Below, in pieces: positions 12,320 to 23,570 of a DNA stretch of 64,000 bases. The notes below the pieces were generated by a model. The model was not told the DNA's origin, searched no databases, and worked only from the letters and a program-made list of their open reading frames with translations. The DNA comes from Octopus vulgaris (lineage: Eukaryota): the NCBI GenBank assembly GCA_951406725.2, contig OX597833.1, positions 47,492,001 to 47,556,000 on the forward strand, in the 5' to 3' direction. The first letter of the stretch is position 1, and every line of letters starts with the position of its first letter. Made by a program: the position numbers and the translations under genes.

Positions 12320-12723
12320 GGATCTTTTCGGTTTGAACTGCAGTTTTTAAAAATAATTTCCACGTAACTAAACACTTTTAAATTTCGTATACTGGTAGAA
12401 TGTGTTTATAAAACATCTTTTTCTCTTGGCTTTATTGAAAAAAATCTATAGTTTGTAAGATATTTGTTATTTTTTTCTTCAATTTCTGCAATTTCAACTA
12501 ATCAGTGACGTCTATTGAGGTAAAAAAACATTCTGTGCCGTATGAATATCTCCCTCGTTTAAGAAACAGATTGAGTTTATTTACATTTGTGAAGAAAAAA
12601 AGATACCCTTCCCTAACCCTAAAACAGATTGAAATGCAATAGATCGATACTAGGGTCATAATTATGTGTGGCAATTTCATATGACACCGCTAGAAAAAAC
12701 TGCCGTTCAAACCGAAAAGATCC
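12320..12723. mobile_element. MITE with GGATC…GATCC TIRs
   Basis: TIRs ggatcttttcggtttgaac / gttcaaaccgaaaagatcc; same family as 13057-13457, 17190-17594 and 37954-38362. Confidence 0.85.
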
Positions 12724-13056
12724 TAAGTATTGTCTATTTTCTTACAAATCGTTTTCGTAATAAAAATTTAACTGACTCATTACTCCAAAGGTCTTTTCGA
12801 AATAGAAGTGCAGTAAAATGATTTCGGCCAGTGTTGGAGAGCAGCTTTAAATTGTGACAATTCAGTCTCTTGTACTTAATAATTATTTCCTCTTAATCGC
12901 ACTCATTACTCTCATCGCCTCTTCTTCCTACGCACTACGTACTAATCTGGTCATCTTCAGGGACATGAAAGCGCTTGTCTTTCAGGTCTCTAAATATGAC
13001 CAGGTTAGTAGCTGTACACTTTGCGGGTCCCTGTGTGGTTTATTAGGCCAATGGTT

Positions 13057-13457
13057 GGATCTTTTCGGTTTGAACGGCAGTTTTTTTTATAGCGGTGTCA
13101 TATGAAATTGTCACCCATAATTATGACCCTAGTATCGATCTATTGCATTTCAATCTGTTTTAGGGTTAGGGAAGGGTATCTTTTTTCTTCACAAATGTAA
13201 ATAAACCTAATCTGTTTCTTAAACGAGGGACATATTCATACGGCACATAATGTTTATTACCTCAATACACGTCATTGATTAGTTGAAATTGCAGAAATTG
13301 AAGAAAAAAAACAAATATCTTACAAACTATAGAATTTTCTCAATAAAGCCAAGAGAAAAAGATGTTTTATAAACACATTCTACCAGTATACGAAGTTTAA
13401 AATTTTTTATTTACCTAGAAATTATGTTAAAAACTGCCGTTCAAACCGAAAAGATCC
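13057..13457. mobile_element. MITE with GGATC TIRs and 8-bp TSD (possibly Merlin-like)
   Basis: TIRs of about 25 bp; exact TSD caatggtt at 13049-13056 and 13458-13465. The superfamily assignment is an inference from GG termini plus an 8-bp TSD. Confidence 0.85.
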
Positions 13458-13662
13458 CAATGGTTAATCAACATTACTCCTTAAGTAGCATAGGGCCGGT
13501 TTCCCAGTTCCTCTGGCGTGTTGTATTCCTCCCTGGACGAGACGCTAATCCGTCACAGGATTACTGATTTTTACCTGCTGAATGGACTGGAACAAAGTGA
13601 AATGAAGGTTCTTTTGCTGAAGAGCACAACGCTTCGCCCTGTGTTCTACTGGTACTTATTTT

Positions 13663-14143
13663 GGATCTTTTCCTTTTGAACGGCAGACAATTTCTAGTTA
13701 ACTAAACACTTTAAAACTTCGTATACTGGTAGAATGTGTCAAAATAAAACATTTTTTTCTCTTGGCTTTCTTAATAAAATTGTAATTTGTTTATTTTACG
13801 TAGTTTAATTTTTCGAATTTTAACCAATCCTATGCCCTCTTTTGAGCTAAAATCATTTGCTGCGTCAAAAAACTGAGACAACATCCTGTCACTAACCCTA
13901 AACCTCCCCCTAACCCTAACCCTAATCCTAATTTTTTTTTCTTAATTGTTAAATAAATTTAATTGTTACGCGTGTAAAAAAAAAACGAAAGCAATGGAAA
14001 ATAATAACAATTAACAAACAAAATAATTCTATAATTTTATACACACGCTTTCCGTAACACACACATTCTACCAGTATACGAAGTTTAAAACTTTAGTTTC
14101 CTAGAAATTATGTTACAAACTGCCGTTCAAAAGGAAAAGATCC
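13663..14143. mobile_element. Related MITE with 8-bp TSD
   Basis: ggatcttttccttttgaacggcag / ctgccgttcaaaaggaaaagatcc; TSD cttatttt on both sides. Confidence 0.85.
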
Positions 14144-14626
14144 CTTATTTTATCGACTCATGTCTAGTAACCCAACTATTTAAAATATTCAAACGCCGAG
14201 AAACAAACAATTCGAGGACTAGTTTTACCATCAAATGTTAGAACCCAAACTAAGTTGTAAATGTGCGTGATAACAGAGGCAAACAAATTTTCTATTCTCA
14301 TTGTTTACTGAATAGATTCACAGGTTCAGTTCGGTCGGAACTTTACTCTTTTCTCCTTTGTCCTTTTCCCCCATAATGTTATTGGAACTGTAACGAGAAC
14401 CAAGCCTAAATTCGAACCATAGTCCTCAGATTTTCCCAGTCTAGAATCACGACCCTATTTCCATAAAAGAAAAAGAGTCACCTTAAAAAGTATAAATACA
14501 TACACGAATGTAGTGTCACCATTTAGCACTGGCTGAAGCTGCAACTTCGGAGGAAGCGTGCAAATTTTCTTGCCAAATGGATTCTAGAACCTTCTGGGCC
14601 GATAAATATATGAACTATGGTTCCTT

Positions 14627-15393
14627 AAGGCGGCGAGCTGGCAGAATCGTTAGCACGCCGGGCGAAATGCGTAGCCGTATTTCGTCTGCCGTTACGTTCT
14701 GAGTTCAAATTCCGCCGAGGTCGACTTTGCCTTTCATCCTTTCGGGGTCGATAAATAAAGTACCAGTCATACACTGGGATCGATGTAATCGACTTAATCC
14801 GTTTGTCTGTCCTTGTTTGTCATCTCTGTGTATAGCCCCTTGTGGGTAGTAAAGAAATAGGTATTTCGTCTGTCGTTACGTTCTGAGTTCAAATTCCACT
14901 GAGGTCGACTTTGCCTTTCATCCTTTCGGGGTCGATAAATAAAGTACCAGTTACGCACTGGAGTCGATATAATCGACTTAATCCATTTGTCTGTCCTTGT
15001 TTGTCCTCTCTGTGTTTAGCCCCTTGTGGGTAGTAAAGAAATAGGTATTTCGTTTGCCGGTACGTTCTGAGTTCAAATTCCGCCGAGGTCGACTTTGCCT
15101 TTCATCCTTTCGGGGTCGATAAATAAAGTACCAGTTACGCACTGGGGTCAATATAATCAACTTAATCCGTTTGTCTTCTGTGTATAGCCCCTTGTGGGTA
15201 GTAAAGAAATAGGTATTTCGTCTGTCGTTACGTTCTGAGTTCAAATTCCACCGAGGTCGACTTTGTCTTTCATCCTTTCGGGGGTCGATAAATAAAGTAC
15301 CAGTTACGCACTGGGGTCGATATAATCGACTTAATCCGTTTGTCTGTCTTTGTTTGTCTTCTGTGTATAGCCCCTTGTGGGTAGTAAAGAAAT
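14627..15393 (+). mobile_element. tRNA-derived SINE family B: one headed unit plus three headless units
   Basis: Head ggcggcgagctggcagaatcgttagc; ~180-bp units joined at aaagaaata|ggtatttcg; ~21-bp TSD (atatat[g/a]aactatggttcctt) at 14606-14626 and 15394-15414. Confidence 0.88.
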
Positions 15394-16027
15394 ATATATA
15401 AACTATGGTTCCTTCTTTGGAACAAAAGTTTGAAATAATAGATCTAAGTGTAATCACTTTTCAACTCTGTCTTTAAAACAATACTGATAAGTCTACAAAA
15501 ACATTTTGAAAGAGAATGCTGTTATACAATAGCCCATCCGATTTTAGTACCAAAGACCAAAGTAAAACGTTATATAAGGAAACAAAGTGTACTTTATACT
15601 TATTCTGAATTTCAAAAAAAAAATGTACATAGATAATCGTTGAATACTTTCTAATAGCAGAGGCTATATTGAAAAATATTCAAATGTTATGCTTGCACTC
15701 GTGTAAACAACACAAGCAAAAATAAACAAAAACGTGGAGATATTTTTTCTACTGGAGAAACGAAGATAGATTTAAAGTGCCGTGTTAAGTAATTTAAATT
15801 TATACACGCAGTTCTTTTCGACAATCCCAAGCTAACTGTGTACATTGAATATCGGAAACAATACAAATAAAATAGATGAATTTTTATACAGGTACATAGC
15901 AAGGGTCAAGTGGGTGGCCCGACTCGGGTGATGCCTTTATGGGAGGCGCAGCAAAGTGAAGGGCTGTGTATGTATGTATGTATGTATGTATGTATGTATG
16001 TATGTATGTATGTATGTATATATGCTT

Positions 16028-16557
<530 letters not shown>

Positions 16558-17189
16558 CTACAAAGTCACGCACCATGGAAGATATCAAATAGGCTTTATT
16601 ACCAATGAAGTAGGTATTCCATTACAATTGTTCAAAGTGTTGGCCATGTAGCTCTAAACAAGTGTTCATACGGAATTTAAAATTGCGATGAACCCTCTCG
16701 AATATCTCTTCATTGCCGTTGACTTGTTCACACGCTTCGATAATTCTTTGAAGATGTCCTTGGTCACTAATCTTTTCAGGATACACAAGGGATTTAATGT
16801 AGCCCAAGAAGAAAAAAAAGTCCATGGGAGTTAAATCTGGTGATCGTAGTGTCCATTAATTGGCTTGTGATACCTGAGCCATCTCCCTGGAAAATTTCCA
16901 TTCAGAAAATCACGAACTTGTAATGTATAATGGGGCGAAGCCCCATCCTGCTGAAACCAGACAGGATTTCTCCTTCCAAGTGAATGCACGTGAGGCATTA
17001 TCTTGTTGCCAAACATGTCCAGATACGAATCACCTGTCACAGAGCCAGGGGTTGTAAATAATTGATTGGAACCTTTCCAGTCAATCATTTTCTTAGCAAT
17101 CAGTTAATTTTAATTGGGATACAGGTCAATTAGTTATTGCAATTAATTGCAATTAATTGTCAATTATTTGGCTGAACGTAAAAACACCA

Positions 17190-17594
17190 GGATCTTTTCG
17201 GTTTGAACGGCAGTTTTTAACATAATTTCTAAGTAACTAAACACTTTTAAACTTCGTTTACTGGTAGAATGTGTTTATGAAACATCTTTTTCTCTTGGCT
17301 TTATTGAGAAAATTCTATAGTTTGTAAGATATTTGTTGTTATTTTTTCTTCAATTTCTGCAATTTCAACCAATCAATGACGTCTATTGAGGTGAAAACAT
17401 TCTGTGCTATATGAATATGTCCCTCGTTTAAGAAACAGATTGGGTTTATTTACATTTCTGAAGAAAAAAGATACCCTTCCCCCCTAACCCTAAAACAGAT
17501 TGAAATGCAATAGATCGATACTAGGGTCATAATTATGGGTGACAATTTCATATGACACCACTAGAAAAAACTGCCGTTCAAACCGAAAAGATCC
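17190..17594. mobile_element. GGATC MITE nested in the hAT element
   Basis: Family TIRs; TSD aaacacca/aaacacct. Confidence 0.85.
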
Positions 17595-17911
17595 AAACAC
17601 CTTATATTTGTAGTGTTAGCTTCGATTTAGATAAGAGCCAAAATGATAGGAAAATAAAAGGCACGTCCTATAGTTTCAAAAAACTTAATTATCAGAAAAC
17701 GTTCAAAGGTCAATTTTATTGATTTAGAATAGGGAACAAACAAGGTGTATACTCTACATTGTACTGTAGTTGAAAAACAAATAAATTGAAGGTCCTTAAT
17801 TGAAAGAGTTTCTCAAACGAATAGCACAATTAAAAGGTCATGGACGATTACAGATTTATGAAACTAAGTATTGCAGGGTGGTGCGTGACTTTATGGCCAC
17901 TCTGTGTGTGA

Positions 17912-17971
<60 letters not shown>

Positions 17972-18034
17972 AATAAAATGAGACAACAAAACCAAGGCAG
18001 TGAGAAATTTCTAGGACATCTATAAAGAGAAAGG

Positions 18035-18088
18035 TTGTCTTACAGCTGTTTCTGGGATATGAGGGATATATCCCTTCATCAGAGACAA
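18035..18088 (-). ncRNA. Minimal type I hammerhead ribozyme motif
   Basis: UUGUCU CUGAUGA A GGGAUAU(aucccuc)AUAUCCC A GAAA CAGCUG UA AGACAA: 6-bp stem I, 7-bp stem II, palindromic ACAGCUGU stem III, GUA cleavage triplet. Confidence 0.78.
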
Positions 18089-19573
18089 TATGAGAGAGTT
18101 AAATAGAGGGAAATAATAGAGTTCAATAGAAGATTTATGAAACTAAGAAAGTGCGATTGACTTTTAGAAATATTTGCATTTCTAAATTCATTGGTGTTAA
18201 GTATTGCCGAAAATCATTAAAAGCATAATCTGCTGAGCTGAAGAAATATTTCAAGATGCTGGACATTGGTAACAAAAACCTACTGTTCAGATATTGCTGA
18301 GGTGAGATTTTATCTTTTTTGTGTTTTTTTCAAACAATTTGAAGTAAAATCACCATCTTCTACAGGTAACTCAAACTGTTGTGTCGTGTCTGTCACCACT
18401 TTCGGTTGATGTAGAGAGCAGCCACTTCATCTGCAGTTAGTTCTGCTCCTGGATGTTGTAAAATTTTCACAACTCTACTTTCAAAATTTGGGCTGTGCAC
18501 AATGGCTGCTAATGGAAGCAAATATTTTTTAAAACTTCTCGTAAGGAAGCAATGCGAGAATTTCATCAGAAAGAATTCGAGCATCTCCCAAATCTATTTC
18601 TGTTCTTTGCAAGGCGACTGTTACTGAGTGTAACTTTCTTAAACTGTCTTTTAGAGTCTGCAGAACTTTATATGACCACGTGGAGTCAACAGCTGGCAGA
18701 AACGTTAGCACGCCGGACGAAATGCTTAGCGGTATTTCGTCTGCCGTTACGTTGTGAGTTCAAATTCCGCTGAGGTCGACTTTGCCTTTCATCCTTTCGG
18801 GGTCGATAAATTAAGTACCAGTTACGCACTGGGTTCGATGTAATCGAGTTAATCCCTTTGTCTGTCCTTGTTTGTCCCCTCTATGTTTAGCCCCTTGTGG
18901 GCAGTAAAGAAATAAGATAATCAACCAGCTTTGGATCGCCCTGAAAAGAGTCTAAAAACGGCTTGAGTTGGATGTACCTCTCAATCATGTCATAGGTACT
19001 GGATCAACGGGTTTTATTTCTTTATATAGTTTGCAAAGGTGTTTTTTCCCCGAAGTTTACCCGCAAGTTTTAATGGTTTTAGCTTGCCCATCAACATATT
19101 GATTTTATCAAGCAGAACTTCCTGCTTGTCGAGATAAGCAAAAACAGATAGATCGAATTTATGAGAGGCACATCCAATCAATGGTATTCTACACAAATTC
19201 GCTATAGATTTGTTCACTTCACTATTATCTCTGGTAATAACTACAACATTTCCTAAATTTTTGTTATAGATACTTAATACTCTATAATTCGACATAATCA
19301 GAAGTAGTGAATGGTTATTCACCTATTTTTGGCGAAAATGCCAAACAAAACAGTACAAAAGTCATTTTGATAATTGCCCGAATAACGTGCAAAAAGTCCA
19401 ATGAAATACGTCGTACCCTTAGTCCAACCGTCGGCTACCAGAGAAAATTTATTTGGAAGCTCATCAGATATTTTCTTTTCCACATTTTAGGCCGAGCAAC
19501 TGACCAAACTACTTATTGGTGAAAGAAAACTCGTTAAAAATGGTTGTCCAACTGTTTGTATAGTAGAATACTC

Positions 19574-20031
19574 TGGATGTTGTTTTTTTTATGTGATCCA
19601 TAAGATTTGTCCATCCACTTCCTTTTTTCTGGGCCAACATTTTCCGGTAAAATTACAGATTAACACCCGCACGATTTTCACTAAGAAAAAAAAAAAACTC
19701 GGATTTTTTGCGTGGAATCAAGTACTCTGACCTCCTAATATGCTGTAAATCCCATATTTGGGTTCGGAAGGGTGGGGGAAGCTTGATTTTTTTGTGTGTG
19801 AAAATTCCGGGGGTGGGGGACCCCCTCCGGACCAATTCCGAACCAAAATATGGGATTTGCAGCATATTAGGAGGTCAGGGTACTTGATTCCACGCAAAAA
19901 ATCTGAGTTTTTTTTTTTTCTTAGTGAAAATCGTGCGGGTGTTAATCTGTAATTTTACCGGAAAATGTTGGCCCAGAAAAAAGGAAGTGGATGGACAAAT
20001 CTTATGGATCACATAAAAAAAACAACATCCA
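19574..20031. repeat. Foldback element with ~195-bp near-perfect inverted arms
   Basis: 19574-19769 is the reverse complement of 19836-20031 with a few mismatches; 66-bp G-rich spacer. Confidence 0.9.
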
Positions 20032-20311
20032 TTTTTTTTCCTTAGTGAAAATCGTGCGGGTGTTAATCTGTAATTTTACCCATTTTTCAACACTTGCATT
20101 TCCATACATGTTCGCTGTCTGTTTGGTTAAAATATTTGTCAGTTTGGTTAAAATATTTATATGTTTGGTTAAAATATTTGCTCGTTTTCACGCGGCATGG
20201 GTTAGTTTAAAATAAAAGATATTTCGCCACTCCACTGAAGAGAGTCTGAATCAGTTAATATGTTGGAGCGGAATTCAAGATACAACCGCGTTGAGGGTGA
20301 CGTTACGATTT

Positions 20312-20630
20312 AAGACAGAATGTGTGAATCATTCTCGGCAGTTAGAATCAAAAATCACTCGACAGCGATAATTTGACAACATACACAATAGCCAATGCCC
20401 AAACACGTCAGAATGCGTGAATCATTCTCGGCAGTCCTAAACCAAGCGTCAACACTCGACATCGGTTATTTGACAACATACACAATAACCAATTCCGAAG
20501 CATGATAGAATGTGTATCATTCTCAGCAATCCGAATCAAGAATCAACACTTGACAACATACACAATAGTCAATTCCTAAGCACGACAGAATGTGTGAAAA
20601 ATTCCCAGCAGTCAGAACAAAGTCAACACA
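20312..20630. repeat. Degenerate ~75-100-bp tandem repeats inside the hAT element
   Basis: agaatgtgtgaatcattctc…tttgacaacatacacaata recurs about 4 times; a further copy lies at 22510-22655. Confidence 0.7.
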
Positions 20631-21344
20631 GTATCTCAAATAAGGAAGTTCAACCGTGTTTCGTGGTCTGCTACCACAACAGCTCCTTTGTAGGATCCAG
20701 TTAGCTCAAGACATCATCAGGAGTAACCACGTCCAGTTTCGGCCTCTACTCCTCTACCGTTTTGACGTGGCGGCACCCCACCCTTTCAGAGGTGTCTTCA
20801 GCTCTGGTGTTGGGTGCATGTCTTCTTCTTCCTTCTTTCTTCTGTTCCCTGGTCTCTTCGATGTAACTTCAACGAGTGTCAGCAGGCGACTGACTGTTTT
20901 TTGCTAACTGAACGTCGAATGAAGTCTGAGCCATTTGAAAAATTTCGCTGACGATGTTGCCAATTAACTGATATGATAGCAATAAATCATTTAATTGGCA
21001 GTACGACTCCAATCAATTAACTGGACCAATATATTGCAATTAATTTTACATCAATTAATTTTTTACAACCCTTGCAGAGAACCCTCAAAATAAAATGGTC
21101 CAATTACTTGATTGTGCCAAATCCTACACCACACCATTACCTTCCCCCTGCCTTGTTGATTATCTGCTTCCATCCAATGAGGATCGGTTTGTGAGTAATA
21201 TCAGCAATTGTGAAAAGAGATGAAAAAGAGAATGTTAGCAATTTCACATATTGCATGGTGGTGCGTGACTTTATGACCAATCTCTCCCTCTCTCTCTCTC
21301 TCTACATACACACACACATACACACACACATATATATATATATG

Positions 21345-21550
21345 ACCTCGTGTGAACCGTTGGCGATTTTTTTCCTCTGTCTTCCCTTCTCTGGAGCTTT
21401 CCTTCTCCTATGTTTCCGACGAAGAGCTCCGCTCGAAACGTTAAACCCTCCTTCTTTCCTTCTTTCCTAAGCGTCCAATAATACTATATTTGTTCCACGT
21501 CCTCGCGTTGTTGTGTTTTTTTGTGCTTTCTTGTTTGGATTAACTATATA
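21345..21550 (+). mobile_element. ~200-bp Penelope-like non-autonomous repeat in (TA)n with a minimal hammerhead variant (21412-21446)
   Basis: GUUU CCGACGA A GAGC(ucc)GCUC GAAA CG UU AAAC; near-identical copy at 43587-43785 and a diverged relative at 3425-3610. Confidence 0.65.
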
Positions 21551-23239
21551 TATGTATGTATTTCAAGGGGTAGCAAGTTCAAAGAAGCTACTTAGAATAA
21601 AGAATTTGAATTTAAGTGTGAAACTGAATAAACATTCATTCCATAAACATTAGTCCAACAAAATATATTTTGTTGAACTAACGATTATAGATAAACAGAC
21701 AGATTGATAGACGGACAGGAATCAATTCATCTCTTCCATAACTGTTTCTCTGTTCTCCTTCTTAAATTTTGATTAAGGTTTTAAAACTATTTTTGACTAC
21801 TATGATGATCAATTAGGTTCTTTTACTTGTTTCAGTCATTTGACTACGGCCATGCTGGAGCACCACCTTTAGTTGAGCAAATCGACCCCAGGACTTACTC
21901 TTTGCAAGCCTAGTACTTATTTTATCGGTCTCTTTTACCGAACCGCTAAGTTACGGGAACATAAACACACCAGCATCAGTTGTCAAGCGATGTTGAGGGG
22001 ACAAACACACAAACACATACATATATATACGGCGGGCTTCTTTCAGTTTCTGCCTACCAAATCCACTCACAATGCTTTTTTATGTTTCTAATTAATTAGA
22101 GAATTAGAATTATTATAAATTTCTTTTCTTATTTAATTAACTCTACTTGTCAAGAACTGGGAGTTGATGTAATCGACCTCCAGCTTCCCCTCAAAAACTA
22201 ATAGCCTTGTGCCAAAATTTGAAACCATAATCAAATAAATTAAGGCTGTAAGCTGGCAGAATTGTTGACGTTCTTAGAGAAACTTCATCCAAGTTCAAAT
22301 TTTGTTGAGGTTGACTTTGCCTTTCGCCCTTTCAGAATTGATAAAATAACAGCATCTAAGTACTGGGGTCGATATAATCAACAAGCCCCCTCTCAAAATT
22401 TCTGTCTTTGTGCATAAAATAGAAAGCATTATTAAATAAATCGTTTTCAACTCCAGTGATTTTAATGGTGAGTAAATTTAACCATAGTAACTTGAATCCA
22501 AAATAAATCAACATACACAATAACCAATCCCGAAGCATGATAGAATGTGAATCATTCTCAGCAGTCCGAATCAAGAATCAACACTTGACAACATACACAA
22601 TAGTCAATTCCTAAGCACGACAGAATGTGTGAAAAATTCCCAGCAGTCAGAACAATATCAAATAACATGAATTTAACCTTTTTTGTTACCATTTTTCTGC
22701 TGAAATATGCTTCCCTTTGCATTTAAACCAGCCAAATTTGGCCCGAAAATTCTTCCCGTTTCATATTCAAACTGACCAGATCCAGTGTTTCAAATCTGCA
22801 CCACAACATTATTCTAAAAATAATCACATCACCGAAATCTCAAAGCTACGAGACAATGCATGATTAATTCAAAATAACGTGAATAAATAAGGATTTATAT
22901 TTAACAGAGGAATCAGAATGCCAAAGGGTTAATTAATTTTGAAAATAATGCAGAATTTAGTAAAAATAGCTGTTCTGTTTTTAGCTTGGTGATTAGAACA
23001 TGAAATTTTGATGGAAGATTTCAACTAAGATCACTTTAAACCATTGAGTTTATATCTTCAAATCATGGATGGTCTCAGTAGTATAAGATATTTTAGCACA
23101 TCCAGTTTGTCACAAGCATCGTGGTGTCACCTGTTATTTGGTATCACTGATTTGATGCTGACCTGTTTGGCATGAAATGTTTTTAATGTTTCTCTCATTC
23201 TCTCTCTCTGTTTATGTCTTGTCTTACTTTCTTCTTGTG

Positions 23240-23570
23240 ACCCCCTTCGGTCATGGCTGACCATGGGCTTGCACCTGGAAGGTTACCCTCCAAGGCACAA
23301 GTCTGAGCAAGGTTGTTTATGGAATACCAGCAGTCACCCATGCATACCGGCCTCCCTTCTCCACGCTACCAGTGTTATCCAAGGGAAAGGCAACGGTCAA
23401 TACAGCTTGGCACCTGTGACGTTGCAACTCATTTCTACAGCTGAGTGAACTGGAGCAACATGAAATAAAGTGTCTTGCTCAAGAACACAACACGCAGCCC
23501 GGTCCGGGATTCGAACTCACAACCTCACGATTGTAAGCTCGACGCTCTAACCACTGAGCCATGCACCTTC
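23240..23570 (-). mobile_element. tRNA-derived SINE family D
   Basis: Head tggctcagtggttagagc…gagttcgaatccc; matches 36360-36697. Confidence 0.8.

Larger units (their letters stand above)
17046..21074 (-). mobile_element. hAT transposon with decayed transposase and nested insertions
   Basis: TIRs caggggttgtaaa / tttacaacccttg; degenerate 8-bp TSD cacagagc/cagagaac. Minus-strand remnants at 18150-19560 include DNSEVNKSIANLCRIPLIGCASHKFDL (CxxH), STYDMIERY and IVHSPNFESRVVKI. Confidence 0.8.
16560..21280 (-). mobile_element. Tc1/mariner-superfamily element with a decayed DDD/E transposase, split by a 4-kb hAT insertion
   Basis: 21075-21210 reads …KVMVWCRIWHNQVIGPFYFEGS and continues at 17045 with VTGDSYLDM…WFQQDGASPHY…SPDLTPMDFFFLGYIKSLVY…GQHFEQL. 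TIR aaagtcacgcacca lies near 16562 and is inverted near 21258-21272. Confidence 0.85.

Noticed and set aside
13890-13932. Telomeric (TAACCC)n repeats
   Set aside because: Only 2-4 units, internal to the GGATC MITE family.
20645-20810. Two CUGANGA/GAAAC pairs on the minus strand
   Set aside because: Helices could not be closed convincingly.
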